DNA of 64,000 bases, taken from NCBI GenBank assembly GCA_965222225.1, contig CBDCTK010000002.1:768001-832000 (forward strand), given 5' to 3'. The position numbers and the translations under genes were made by a program. Origin of the DNA: Candidatus Poribacteria bacterium (GTDB lineage Bacteria; Poribacteria; WGA-4E; JAJDTR01). The notes under the pieces are model-generated. The model was given only the letters and a program-made list of their open reading frames with translations. It was not told the DNA's origin and did not search any database. Positions 48,144 to 56,930 of this stretch are shown in pieces (position 1 is the first letter of the stretch; each line of letters begins with the position of its first letter).

Positions 48144-51116
48144 ATGAATTCATATTGTTATAAAATTGGCAGGCGGCAACCTAGCTATTTTGCTCTCTTA
48201 CTTCTTATTGTGCTGGCTGCCAATTTGGCGATTATCGGAAGGGTCACGTTTGCGCAGGATGATGAAAAAGCTATGAGCGTATCGGAGCGCGACGAAACCG
48301 GAAGAGCAATTCGGTTTGATTTCAACTTCATTAGCAAGGATCTCAGAGACCTAATTAGATTTTTGAGTCAGGAAACCAATCTGACATTTGTTGCTTCCGA
48401 AAATGAAATCAAGGACAAAAAGTTTGCTTTGACGAACCTCAAAAATGTCACTATGGTTGAGATGATGGAGGAGGTCAAAACCGTCTTGTCGACCTATAAT
48501 CTGACAACAATTCGCGACGGAAACACCGTGCTTATCACAACCTTCGAAAAAGCGGTGCAGATGAAGGTGCCGGTCAAACGAATCACCGCGGATGCGAGCC
48601 AAGTCGAGATGATTGACGAGATTCAGACCTACATCATTCAGTTGGAAAATGCCGTCGCGTCTGAACTCGTGGGAGGTCTCAAACCACTGTTGAACAAAGC
48701 GGCGAATATATTCGCCGATGCAAACAGCAATTCTTTGGTAATTACGGATGTTGCTTCAAACGTACGCCGAATTGCATCAATCTTAGAAGTTGCCGATGAA
48801 GCACCGGAAATGCCGCTCAAGGTGGAAATTGTCCCACTGGAAAACGCTACCGCATCCTCGCTAGCTGCAACCTTGAATCAAGTATTCCAAGATGAGACGC
48901 AGATTGCAAATGTACTCAGGACTATGGGAGCCGCCAAGAATCCTGAAGAGATGCACAGAATGATCGAGAAAGCGAAAGACGATGGAGCCGGCATCGACAT
49001 GATTAGGGGGCGAATCTACATTGCTGCTGACGAAAGCTCGAACTCATTGGTCATCAAAGCGTCCGATGCTAATCTGGTTGCGCTGAAAGACGTAATACGT
49101 CAGCTTGACACTGCACCAAACATTCAGACGGAAATCAAGATATTCCGACTGAACTTGGCAATTGCCGCGGATGTCGCACGAACGCTCGAGGAAGTCATCA
49201 CGGGGCAAAGCGCCGGCAGACGGCCTGGTAGCAGGGCGCAATGGTGGGAACGTCGGGAATGGGATCGTCGCCGGCGAGATGTGCAGCAGGATCGTCGAGG
49301 ACAGGAGTATCAGGGCATTATCGGAAGCGTAAATGTCTCATTCAATGACCGACTGAATGCTGTAGTTGTCTCTACTGATCAGCGGAATCTTCCCTTGATA
49401 GAGAAACTCATAAAGGAGCTCGATCAAGCCGATCCACAAGAGGAAGTCCGAATCTTCTTCCTCAAATTCGCGGATGCTCAGACACTCTCCGATAATTTAG
49501 TAGATCTTTTTGAAGGCGGCACTGCAGGCAGGGACAGGAATAGACCATGGTGGGAAGATCGGGAACAACGCCAATCACAGGATAGTAACTTCGGAGTTCA
49601 GGGAACAGTGCATTTGGTACCGGATTCCAGACTAAACGCACTATTGGTTTCGACGGCTTCGCAGAATTTTCCGACCATTGAAAATCTCGTGGAGCGGCTT
49701 GATGTAAGCATGCCGGATCAGGAATGGGGTACAAAGGTATATCCGTTGAAATACGCGGATGCCGAGAATGTGTCCAACATAATCAACAATGTCTATCAGG
49801 GCGGAAATAACAATAGCAGTTTCTTTTCTTTCCTCCCCCAGCGAAACCAGAACGAAGGATCGCTCGCTGGAAATGTGACTGCGGAGCCGTACATCACTCT
49901 AAACGCGGTAGTTGTAACGACTGCTACACAACGCAACTTTGAACTGATTTCTGAGTTTATTCGCGAACTTGATGTGCCGACTCCTGAAGAACAGAGAGAG
50001 ATTACGCGATTGATTCGGTTGGAGTATGCCAGTGCACAGGAGACCGAAGACCTGCTGGAGAGCATCTGGAGTGAAGGCGGAGATGGCGGATCGGACTTCA
50101 GTTTTAGACGTTTCGTTGCATCGGGCGGGCGCCTTGAACAGAAGGATATCAATTCCCTTCGCGGTCAGGTGGAGATAGCGGCGGACATTCAGACCAATTC
50201 GCTTCTTGTAAGAACTGCCCAGCGGTATATGCCGCAGGTTCAAGCTATGATTGAGCAACTCGACTTTGTGCGGGGACAGGTTTGGATTGACATTCAGATT
50301 CTTGAAGTAACACTGGATGAAAGCACAAAACTCGGAATTGAGCTAACGGCACAGGAGAACAGACTCTTTGGTGAGCAACTCCGAAGTGGAAATCCACTGG
50401 TTGGGAGTGTAGACACGCAGTTAGGGTTGGATCAGGAGATTAGCGGGTTCACCTATAGCATTGCAACGAAGGAGTACATGGGATTGCTTCACATTCTCCT
50501 GCGCGAGAACAAAGTGAAGACATTGTCAACTCCTTCGCTGCTGACTCGAGATAACCAGCAAGCCACGTGGAGTCGTGGACGTACGATTCCATACTTGCAG
50601 AGCGTGGATACGACCAGTCTCCTCGGGGAGGGAGTGAATCAACCTTTATTCAATTACGACTTCATCAGTCCGCCTGTTGGCATAAACATTACGATTACGC
50701 CACACATTGCCAGATCACGAGAGGGATCCGACGGTAAACGTACCATCGGTCTTGATATTGAGCAGATCCAGGCAAGCAATTTCATTGAGTTCACTGATTT
50801 TAACGCGCCAATAACGGAAGATAGTTCAATCAGCGCTTACATTGATGTCGAAGATGGACAGCAGATTGTAGTGGGCGGGATGATCAAGACCAAACAGCAG
50901 GAAGTCGAGAGTAAGGTGCCGATTCTCGGAGACATTCCGTTCGTCGGGCGTCTGTTCAAGCGAACAGAAAAGGTTTCAGAAAACTCCGAAATTGTCATTA
51001 TTATCACACCTCATATCGTCGATATTAAGAACCCCGAGGATTTGGATAAGCTACGGAAGGAAACTGACAAGTGGCGTTCGAATAATGACCAAGGAGAATC
51101 GACACAGGAACAGTAA
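48144..51116 (+). CDS. gspD: Secretin GspD-like with six N1-N3-type repeats
   Basis: N0 FNF..DLRDLI; six L..A.A..[LV]..NSL/NAV..LD repeats; QVWIDIQILEV, LSTPSLLTRDN, GGMI..KVPILGDIPFVGRLF. Confidence 0.88.
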   Translation: MNSYCYKIGRRQPSYFALLLLIVLAANLAIIGRVTFAQDDEKAMSVSERDETGRAIRFDFNFISKDLRDLIRFLSQETNLTFVASENEIKDKKFALTNLKNVTMVEMMEEVKTVLSTYNLTTIRDGNTVLITTFEKAVQMKVPVKRITADASQVEMIDEIQTYIIQLENAVASELVGGLKPLLNKAANIFADANSNSLVITDVASNVRRIASILEVADEAPEMPLKVEIVPLENATASSLAATLNQVFQDETQIANVLRTMGAAKNPEEMHRMIEKAKDDGAGIDMIRGRIYIAADESSNSLVIKASDANLVALKDVIRQLDTAPNIQTEIKIFRLNLAIAADVARTLEEVITGQSAGRRPGSRAQWWERREWDRRRRDVQQDRRGQEYQGIIGSVNVSFNDRLNAVVVSTDQRNLPLIEKLIKELDQADPQEEVRIFFLKFADAQTLSDNLVDLFEGGTAGRDRNRPWWEDREQRQSQDSNFGVQGTVHLVPDSRLNALLVSTASQNFPTIENLVERLDVSMPDQEWGTKVYPLKYADAENVSNIINNVYQGGNNNSSFFSFLPQRNQNEGSLAGNVTAEPYITLNAVVVTTATQRNFELISEFIRELDVPTPEEQREITRLIRLEYASAQETEDLLESIWSEGGDGGSDFSFRRFVASGGRLEQKDINSLRGQVEIAADIQTNSLLVRTAQRYMPQVQAMIEQLDFVRGQVWIDIQILEVTLDESTKLGIELTAQENRLFGEQLRSGNPLVGSVDTQLGLDQEISGFTYSIATKEYMGLLHILLRENKVKTLSTPSLLTRDNQQATWSRGRTIPYLQSVDTTSLLGEGVNQPLFNYDFISPPVGINITITPHIARSREGSDGKRTIGLDIEQIQASNFIEFTDFNAPITEDSSISAYIDVEDGQQIVVGGMIKTKQQEVESKVPILGDIPFVGRLFKRTEKVSENSEIVIIITPHIVDIKNPEDLDKLRKETDKWRSNNDQGESTQEQ

Positions 51117-51226
51117 GTATGATCCAATATATAAGACCAATGTCGCAAAATTCTCCGAAGGAATATCTAGAACGTCGGATATCTTCTGTTGAATACGCTT
51201 AACTTTGCTGCTGGAAGTGCCGGCTC

Positions 51227-51691
51227 TTACACTTTTCCTGTTAATCTTGTACCGATCCACGCCATAGGAATGTAGGCGCCCAATAAGTCCACGACGACAA
51301 ACCAAGCGGGAGGCGGCAGCATGAATACATTGATAATGCCAAATATAAGGAAGAGGACGCCAATCACCAACCCCAACATCAGCTTGTAACTGGCAGCTAT
51401 TATTGCGGCGACATAAGCGCCTACCAATGTTCCCACAGCATGTGCCAAGAACGGGACGACGAAATGTCTAAATTCAAAGAGATGCAGGTGGGATTTGATG
51501 GATTCGACATCGGTCACATCAACACCTGCAGGGGGCGGGATAATTTGGGCACCCGCCATGACCAATCCCATATTTACAGCACTACCTGCGATGAGACCTA
51601 CGATGATGGCAAGTACGTTTCTGATTTTTGAATTCACAACTTTCCTCACTGGTTTTGTGGCACAGGAATTGCCTCCTAGTGTCACTTCCAA
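51227..51691 (-). CDS. Hypothetical integral membrane protein
   Basis: IRNVLAIIVGLIAGS.VN..IPPPAG..FLAHA.GT..P.WF; about 4 TM segments; start uncertain. Confidence 0.75.
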   Translation of the reverse strand: MEVTLGGNSCATKPVRKVVNSKIRNVLAIIVGLIAGSAVNMGLVMAGAQIIPPPAGVDVTDVESIKSHLHLFEFRHFVVPFLAHAVGTLVGAYVAAIIAASYKLMLGLVIGVLFLIFGIINVFMLPPPAWFVVVDLLGAYIPMAWIGTRLTGKV

Positions 51692-51930
51692 GAGCCTTAG
51701 GCAGGTTCATTATCTTAATCGCGTTCTGAGCAGTTCGCTGATTTTCTTGTACTCGCGCTCTGACATGCGCGTCCGATGCTTATAAGTAGTTCTTTTCTTA
51801 GGCCGACTTCTCAAAACCCTTTTGAGATATGCGAAAGCCATTTTACCCAGTTTTCGCCGTGCAGTCAACAACAACTCTTTTTCTTCTTTGTCGAATTACA
51901 GTCGATGATATGGCGATTGGTGAGGGTTTT

Positions 51931-52007
51931 CTATCGCCCTCCCTTTTCGGTCGGTTGATCGCTCACTATGGGATCTACTATCGCCTTCGCTATTCGCTCA
52001 GTTGATC
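51931..52007 (+). repeat. Dispersed degenerate intergenic repeat, copy B (two units)
   Basis: CTATCGCCCTCCCTTTTCGGTCGGTTGATC and CTATCGCCTTCGCTATTCGCTCAGTTGATC. Confidence 0.55.
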
Positions 52008-52079
52008 CTCCACGCCATCCTCGAAATGTGAAGTTTATTTTCTAAGCGTGCTTGGAATAGGCATAAACCGAAATTGGCT

Positions 52080-53177
52080 CTACGATTGCCTTAGCTGTTT
52101 CAGTAGGTGTCTTGCTTTCAATTGTCGCCACAGGTTCACGCTAGCACTAAACAAAAAACCGAAGCCAATCAATCCTCCGGTTAGACCGGCAAGTGCATAC
52201 TCAGTCAGTGCCATTCCATACCACGCCCCGCCGATTAAGACTGCGGCAATGACAAAATCCTGTATGGAGTGCCTTCGCGCACGCGCTCGCACGATGTGTA
52301 GGTTTTTCAATTTCTGCTGTCTGATATACTTCGAGATTAACTCCAGCGAAACTTGAGGTACATAACGCCGTACTTCCTTCGGACTTGCACCTTGAGCGCA
52401 ACGAAATCCGATGTTATTAGCCACATAGTCTTGAGGTGCGTGGAGCCGGTTGGCACAGCGGAAATATTGTTCCGCGGTACGATCTCGAACTTCGAGCCAC
52501 GAGCCGCCTCGCAAAACCTTTTGCTTTGCACCATAGCCGCGTTCCCGGCGCCGGTTTTCGTTATTATATGGTCTGTACCAGTCCGCTGTCCATTCCCACA
52601 CATTACCTGCCATGTCGTCAGCGCCGTAGGGGCTTGACACTCTCGGTCGACTGCCGACAGGCGTGAGGTAGTCTGTAAGCAATTGTGTGATGAGACTGTT
52701 GTTTGTATTTTCTTTCACGCTGTTCGTCTCGTCTGCGAAGTTTGACGTTTCAAAATCATCCCCCCAAGGGTAAATGCGACCATCAATACCTCTAGCGGCT
52801 TTTTCCCATTCCGCCTCGGTAGGTAATCGTTTCCCCGCCCATTGTGCGTAAGCTGTGGCATCGTGCCAGTTGACGCCGATGATCGGCAGGTTTGCTTCTC
52901 CATGCCGTAATCTTGCGTCGTTCCAATGAGCGGGAGGAGGATGTTCAGTCGATTGAGTGAAACGTTCGTATTCCGCGTTGGTCACGGGATAGCGATCAAT
53001 ATAGTATGGTGCAAGGTTCACCGCGTGAATTGGAGATTCGTCAAGTTTGGCGTGTTTCGATCGTTCAAGCGCAGTGCCGTAAAATGGTTCAATGTCCGTG
53101 CCCATTATAAACGCGCCGGGCGGAATGAGAATTGCCTTAGTGGAGCGAGAGGAAGAACCGTCTTGAGTCTGGCTCAT
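52080..53177 (-). CDS. FGE-sulfatase (SUMF1/EgtB/PvdO) domain protein with C-terminal TM hairpin
   Basis: IPPG.F.MG, PVTNAEY, RLPTEAEWEKAARG, DMAGNVWEW, RGGSW, IGFRC. Confidence 0.9.
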   Translation of the reverse strand: MSQTQDGSSSRSTKAILIPPGAFIMGTDIEPFYGTALERSKHAKLDESPIHAVNLAPYYIDRYPVTNAEYERFTQSTEHPPPAHWNDARLRHGEANLPIIGVNWHDATAYAQWAGKRLPTEAEWEKAARGIDGRIYPWGDDFETSNFADETNSVKENTNNSLITQLLTDYLTPVGSRPRVSSPYGADDMAGNVWEWTADWYRPYNNENRRRERGYGAKQKVLRGGSWLEVRDRTAEQYFRCANRLHAPQDYVANNIGFRCAQGASPKEVRRYVPQVSLELISKYIRQQKLKNLHIVRARARRHSIQDFVIAAVLIGGAWYGMALTEYALAGLTGGLIGFGFLFSASVNLWRQLKARHLLKQLRQS

Positions 53178-53974
53178 CGTCGATAGGTCCATTCGGATGT
53201 GGTATACTTGGATTGCGCCAAGGATTTAACTGCATCGAGTTCCTCGGTCGAAAGATCGGAAGCAACCAATAGAGTATTCGGCACTTCTTTAAAACCAGCG
53301 ATGACTGCGTCTTCAATCTGTTTACGATTCTTTGGGGAGTGCTGCTTGAGGTTAATTGCCGTTGATTTTTCGGTTAGAGTTTTTTGATAGTCGGGGAATT
53401 TCGACGCGAGTGTCAAAATCTCGGGAGGAGGCATATTGAGTGCGATATAGCCTTGATAAACACCGCCGACGCGATTTCGGCGCTGCGACACGCCCGCAAT
53501 TTTCTTTCCGTTAAGCATGACGTCATGCTCCGCGGGATTGGCGAGGCAAGTGTTCGGTCCAACCGCCGATGCCCTAGACTTGCTGCCTTGTAGTGTGGCG
53601 GGCACATGAATCTGATGAAACCCTTCAAGCAGGCGGTTAGCGATCCAACAGTAGGACGCGGATATATCACTGGGAATCACTCCGTTGCCATGGGGAACAA
53701 TAATCGAGTAGGTCACATCCCAACCATGAACAACTATACCACCACCGGTCATTCGGCGAACAAGCTCGACACCATGGCCTTCACATGTTTTTACGTCAAT
53801 TTCCGTGGTAATCTTTTGAAAGTATCCAAAGCTGAAGGCGGGTAGAGACCAGTCGTAGAGTCGCAACGTCGGCTGAGGGCAGGTTTCTTGTCGTAGCAGA
53901 ATGACCTCGTCGATTGCCATGTTTGTAGCAGCGTCATGCTTCCCTGTTTTGAGCAGTCGCCAGTTGGTATTCAT
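53174..53974 (-). CDS. Lipoate-protein ligase / octanoyltransferase family (LipM/LplA-like)
   Basis: WRLL..G..NMAIDE, PTLRLY.W, VRRMTGGG.V.H, KKIAG.SQRR. Confidence 0.88.
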   Translation of the reverse strand: MNTNWRLLKTGKHDAATNMAIDEVILLRQETCPQPTLRLYDWSLPAFSFGYFQKITTEIDVKTCEGHGVELVRRMTGGGIVVHGWDVTYSIIVPHGNGVIPSDISASYCWIANRLLEGFHQIHVPATLQGSKSRASAVGPNTCLANPAEHDVMLNGKKIAGVSQRRNRVGGVYQGYIALNMPPPEILTLASKFPDYQKTLTEKSTAINLKQHSPKNRKQIEDAVIAGFKEVPNTLLVASDLSTEELDAVKSLAQSKYTTSEWTYRR

Positions 53975-54034
53975 ATCGTCTTCGACTCCCACGGCATTGT
54001 GGCTAGTACATATCCGAGGAACCCCGGATTCTCA

Positions 54035-54063
54035 ATTGTATGATTCGTCAAAGAGTCTGTCAA
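54035..54063 (-). promoter_or_regulatory. Putative sigma-70 promoter of the lipoate ligase-FGE pair
   Basis: TTGACA-17bp-TACAAT. Confidence 0.6.
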
Positions 54064-54151
54064 GCGATTGTTGACGGATAGATCGCTGTTTTTGGCTTTA
54101 TTCCAAATCGGCGTTATTGTACAATACTACATTATTTAACGAGATGGTTTA

Positions 54152-55038
54152 GAGCCTGTTTGAAAAGTCATTTGATTCGATTTCGCATCAAGTAAATGGA
54201 AGCGATGTAAACCATAGTTTCAGCGGTCTTAGGATAGCGTTCATAGTCCAAAGTCAATCGACGAAACCAACCAAACCAAGAAAATGTGCGCTCAACAATC
54301 CATCGTAACGGAACAACCTCAAACCCCTGTTGCCCTAGCGTAGGTGCAATCTCCAGTTGACACTGATGAGCCAGATATAACCAGTCTTCTAATTCGCCAC
54401 GATAGGCAGCATCGGCACACACCAACTGAATCGTTATGTACCAACTAAAGACTTCTGTTAGTAGTTCAATAGCTATCTGATTATCACTCACATTGGCGTC
54501 AGTGACCTTGACCATCAATCGAATACCCGTCGTATCCGTGACTAGATGTCGTTTGCGTCCTTTGACCTTCTTGTGACCATCAAACCCTCTAGTCGTTGCC
54601 AGTTCAGTCGTCTTAACTGATTGACTGTCAATGATAGCTACTGTCGGTGATGGTTCTTTGCCACCATCACGACGTGTTTGTTCATGAAGTGACTGATGAA
54701 TCAAGAGCCATGTATCGTCGGCTTTCCACTTTCTGAAATGGTAATAGACAGTTTGCCACGGTGGCATATCATGGGGTAGCATTCGCCACTGGCACCCTGA
54801 CTTGACGACATAAAAGATGGCGTTGATGATTAAGCACATCTCCCACTTGAGAGGTCTGCCTAAGGGTTGAGGTGTTGGCAAAAATGATGACAGTTTCTTG
54901 CACTGTGCATCGGTCAAATCGCTGGGATAACTCTTGCGGTTTATGTTTACTCCTTTCATTGGTTCAGAATTAACTGCTCCAATGAGTAAACGTAAACATC
55001 AACCGTTCGGACAACTTTTTTCTTTTTCAAACAGGCTC
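54152..55038 (-). mobile_element. IS5 family (IS1031-like) insertion sequence
   Basis: 15-bp perfect IR GAGCCTGTTTGAAAA; TTA duplication at 54149-51 and 55039-41. Confidence 0.92.
54168..54959 (-). CDS. IS5 family transposase
   Basis: YPSDLTD, GCQWRMLP, IIDSQSVKT, GRKRH..TD, ADAAY, RWIVERTFSW..RRL..DYE. Confidence 0.95.
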   Translation of the reverse strand: MKGVNINRKSYPSDLTDAQCKKLSSFLPTPQPLGRPLKWEMCLIINAIFYVVKSGCQWRMLPHDMPPWQTVYYHFRKWKADDTWLLIHQSLHEQTRRDGGKEPSPTVAIIDSQSVKTTELATTRGFDGHKKVKGRKRHLVTDTTGIRLMVKVTDANVSDNQIAIELLTEVFSWYITIQLVCADAAYRGELEDWLYLAHQCQLEIAPTLGQQGFEVVPLRWIVERTFSWFGWFRRLTLDYERYPKTAETMVYIASIYLMRNRIK

Positions 55039-55144
55039 TTACACGTCGCAGCGCTCCGCGGATTGAGAACCTCATTAGTGAAGGCTTGGATTTGGAAATC
55101 CAGGCAGATTAAGCGGCTGAATAGGGAGTAGGACTTTCTATGAG

Positions 55145-55199
55145 CTCTATTGCACTCATTAACCATTCGCTTTATCCCTCACTATTTGTTCTGTTGATC
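55145..55199 (+). repeat. Dispersed degenerate intergenic repeat, copy C
   Basis: CTCTATTGCACTCA identical to 5955-5968; ends TCACTATTTGTTCTGTTGATC. Confidence 0.5.
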
Positions 55200-55429
55200 G
55201 ATAGAGTTCCTCGCGGGAAACAATTAGGAGCGTCTCACATCTGCCTGACCAATTCAGTTGTTGTATAATACCGAAGTGCCAGTTCCTTAACGAGAACTAC
55301 GGATTCAGAGTTTATCAGTATAGCTAAACCTCGGAGCGCCGTAGCTTTCAAAATGGACAATGAAAGTGAATTGCTGATTCTTGCACCGTGCAAATTTACA
55401 GCCACGGTTCGACCGTGCTAAGGAAAAAA

Positions 55430-56665
55430 ATGAATGTCGAACAACTAGAAGGAAAAACTATTGGCGCAGCCGTTTCGGGAGGACTTGATAGCTGCACGAT
55501 TACGCGGTGGCTAGTTGATCGTGGTGTTAACGTAGTGTGTTTCACCGCCGATCTTGGTCAACCGGATGAAAAAAACGTTGACGAAATACGAGAACGGATG
55601 CTGGCATCCGGTGCGAAAGAATTCGTAATTGTTAATGCCAAAGATGCGCTAGCCAAGGCTGGAGTGAAGGTCATCCAATGTCAAGCCATGTACGAGGGAG
55701 GCTATTGGAATACAACCGGAATCGCGCGCCATATCACGGTGAAAGCTTTGCTACCGGAGATGCTCAAACGTGGAATAACTATTCTCGGACATGGGTGCAC
55801 TGGCAGAGGCAATGATCAGGTGCGATTTCAACTCGCGGCGAACATGCTAAATCCCGAGGTCACTGTGTATGCGCCTTGGCGAGATTCGGCTTTCTTAGAT
55901 GAGTTTGGCGGTAGGAAGGAGATGATTGATTTCTGCAATGCGCGGGGGCTTCCCATCACCGCCACGCACGAAAAACCCTATTCTACCGATGCAAATCTAC
56001 TTGGCTTAACGCACGAAGCTGGAAGGTTGGAGTCGCTTAAAACGCCTGCCAGGTTCATCACACCCGGAATGGGAATCCACCCCGAGGATGCTCCAGACGA
56101 GGTTGAGTATTTTACCGTAGCCTTTACGAGAGGGATACCCGTGGAAATTAACGGAAGTCCAACGACGCCGCTGCAGGCTATTTTGGAAGCGAACCGAATC
56201 GGGGGGAGAAACGGAGTAGGTATAGGCATCCACACGGTCGAGAATCGATTTGTAGGGATAAAGAGCCGAGGGGTTTATGAGTCGCCCGGGATGGAATTGC
56301 TTGGAAAGTGCTACGAGTATCTGCTTCAACTCATTCTGGACAGACGTGCGCGGCGCGTGTTCAATCAGGTATCAGACACGGTTGCAGAGCAGATTTATCA
56401 AGGGTATTGGTTTGACCCATCCACGCAATCATTGCTTGCGTCAATCGAGCCATTCACGCGACTGGTTCAAGGAACAATTACGGTGGGATTGTATAAAGGC
56501 AATGTCTCGTTTCACGCGGCGGGTGGAGTTCCTCACTCAATCTACTCCGAGGAAACCGCTTCAATGGAGGCAGTCGGGGACTTCGATCATGCCGACTCCG
56601 AAGGATTTGTGTCGGTACTCGGAGTCGGAGCTAGGGCTTTGGCTGTGGGCGGGCAAATTGAGTAA
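55430..56665 (+). CDS. argG: Argininosuccinate synthase
   Basis: AVSGGLDS, ADLGQ, HGCTGRGNDQVRF, YSTDANL, ENRFVGIKSRGVYESPG. Confidence 0.95.
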   Translation: MNVEQLEGKTIGAAVSGGLDSCTITRWLVDRGVNVVCFTADLGQPDEKNVDEIRERMLASGAKEFVIVNAKDALAKAGVKVIQCQAMYEGGYWNTTGIARHITVKALLPEMLKRGITILGHGCTGRGNDQVRFQLAANMLNPEVTVYAPWRDSAFLDEFGGRKEMIDFCNARGLPITATHEKPYSTDANLLGLTHEAGRLESLKTPARFITPGMGIHPEDAPDEVEYFTVAFTRGIPVEINGSPTTPLQAILEANRIGGRNGVGIGIHTVENRFVGIKSRGVYESPGMELLGKCYEYLLQLILDRRARRVFNQVSDTVAEQIYQGYWFDPSTQSLLASIEPFTRLVQGTITVGLYKGNVSFHAAGGVPHSIYSEETASMEAVGDFDHADSEGFVSVLGVGARALAVGGQIE

Positions 56666-56930
56666 GGATTATTGGAGCCACACCGCTATCTTATACGGTT
56701 TCAGCAGCTAAATGTTACACCTCTCCACAACGCCCAATGAATTGCGCTTCTACAAACACCTTCTGCTTGTAACTTATTGGTTACGAATTAGTTTTAGAAA
56801 ATGAGAGAACGCATTCCATCAGTTCCGCCGAGCATGCAATATCATCGGCGAACGCCACTTCGCATGTACGTCGGATATTGATATCCGTGTTTGGTTGCCT
56901 TGATGGGTTGTGGAGCGATGGCAGCAGAGA

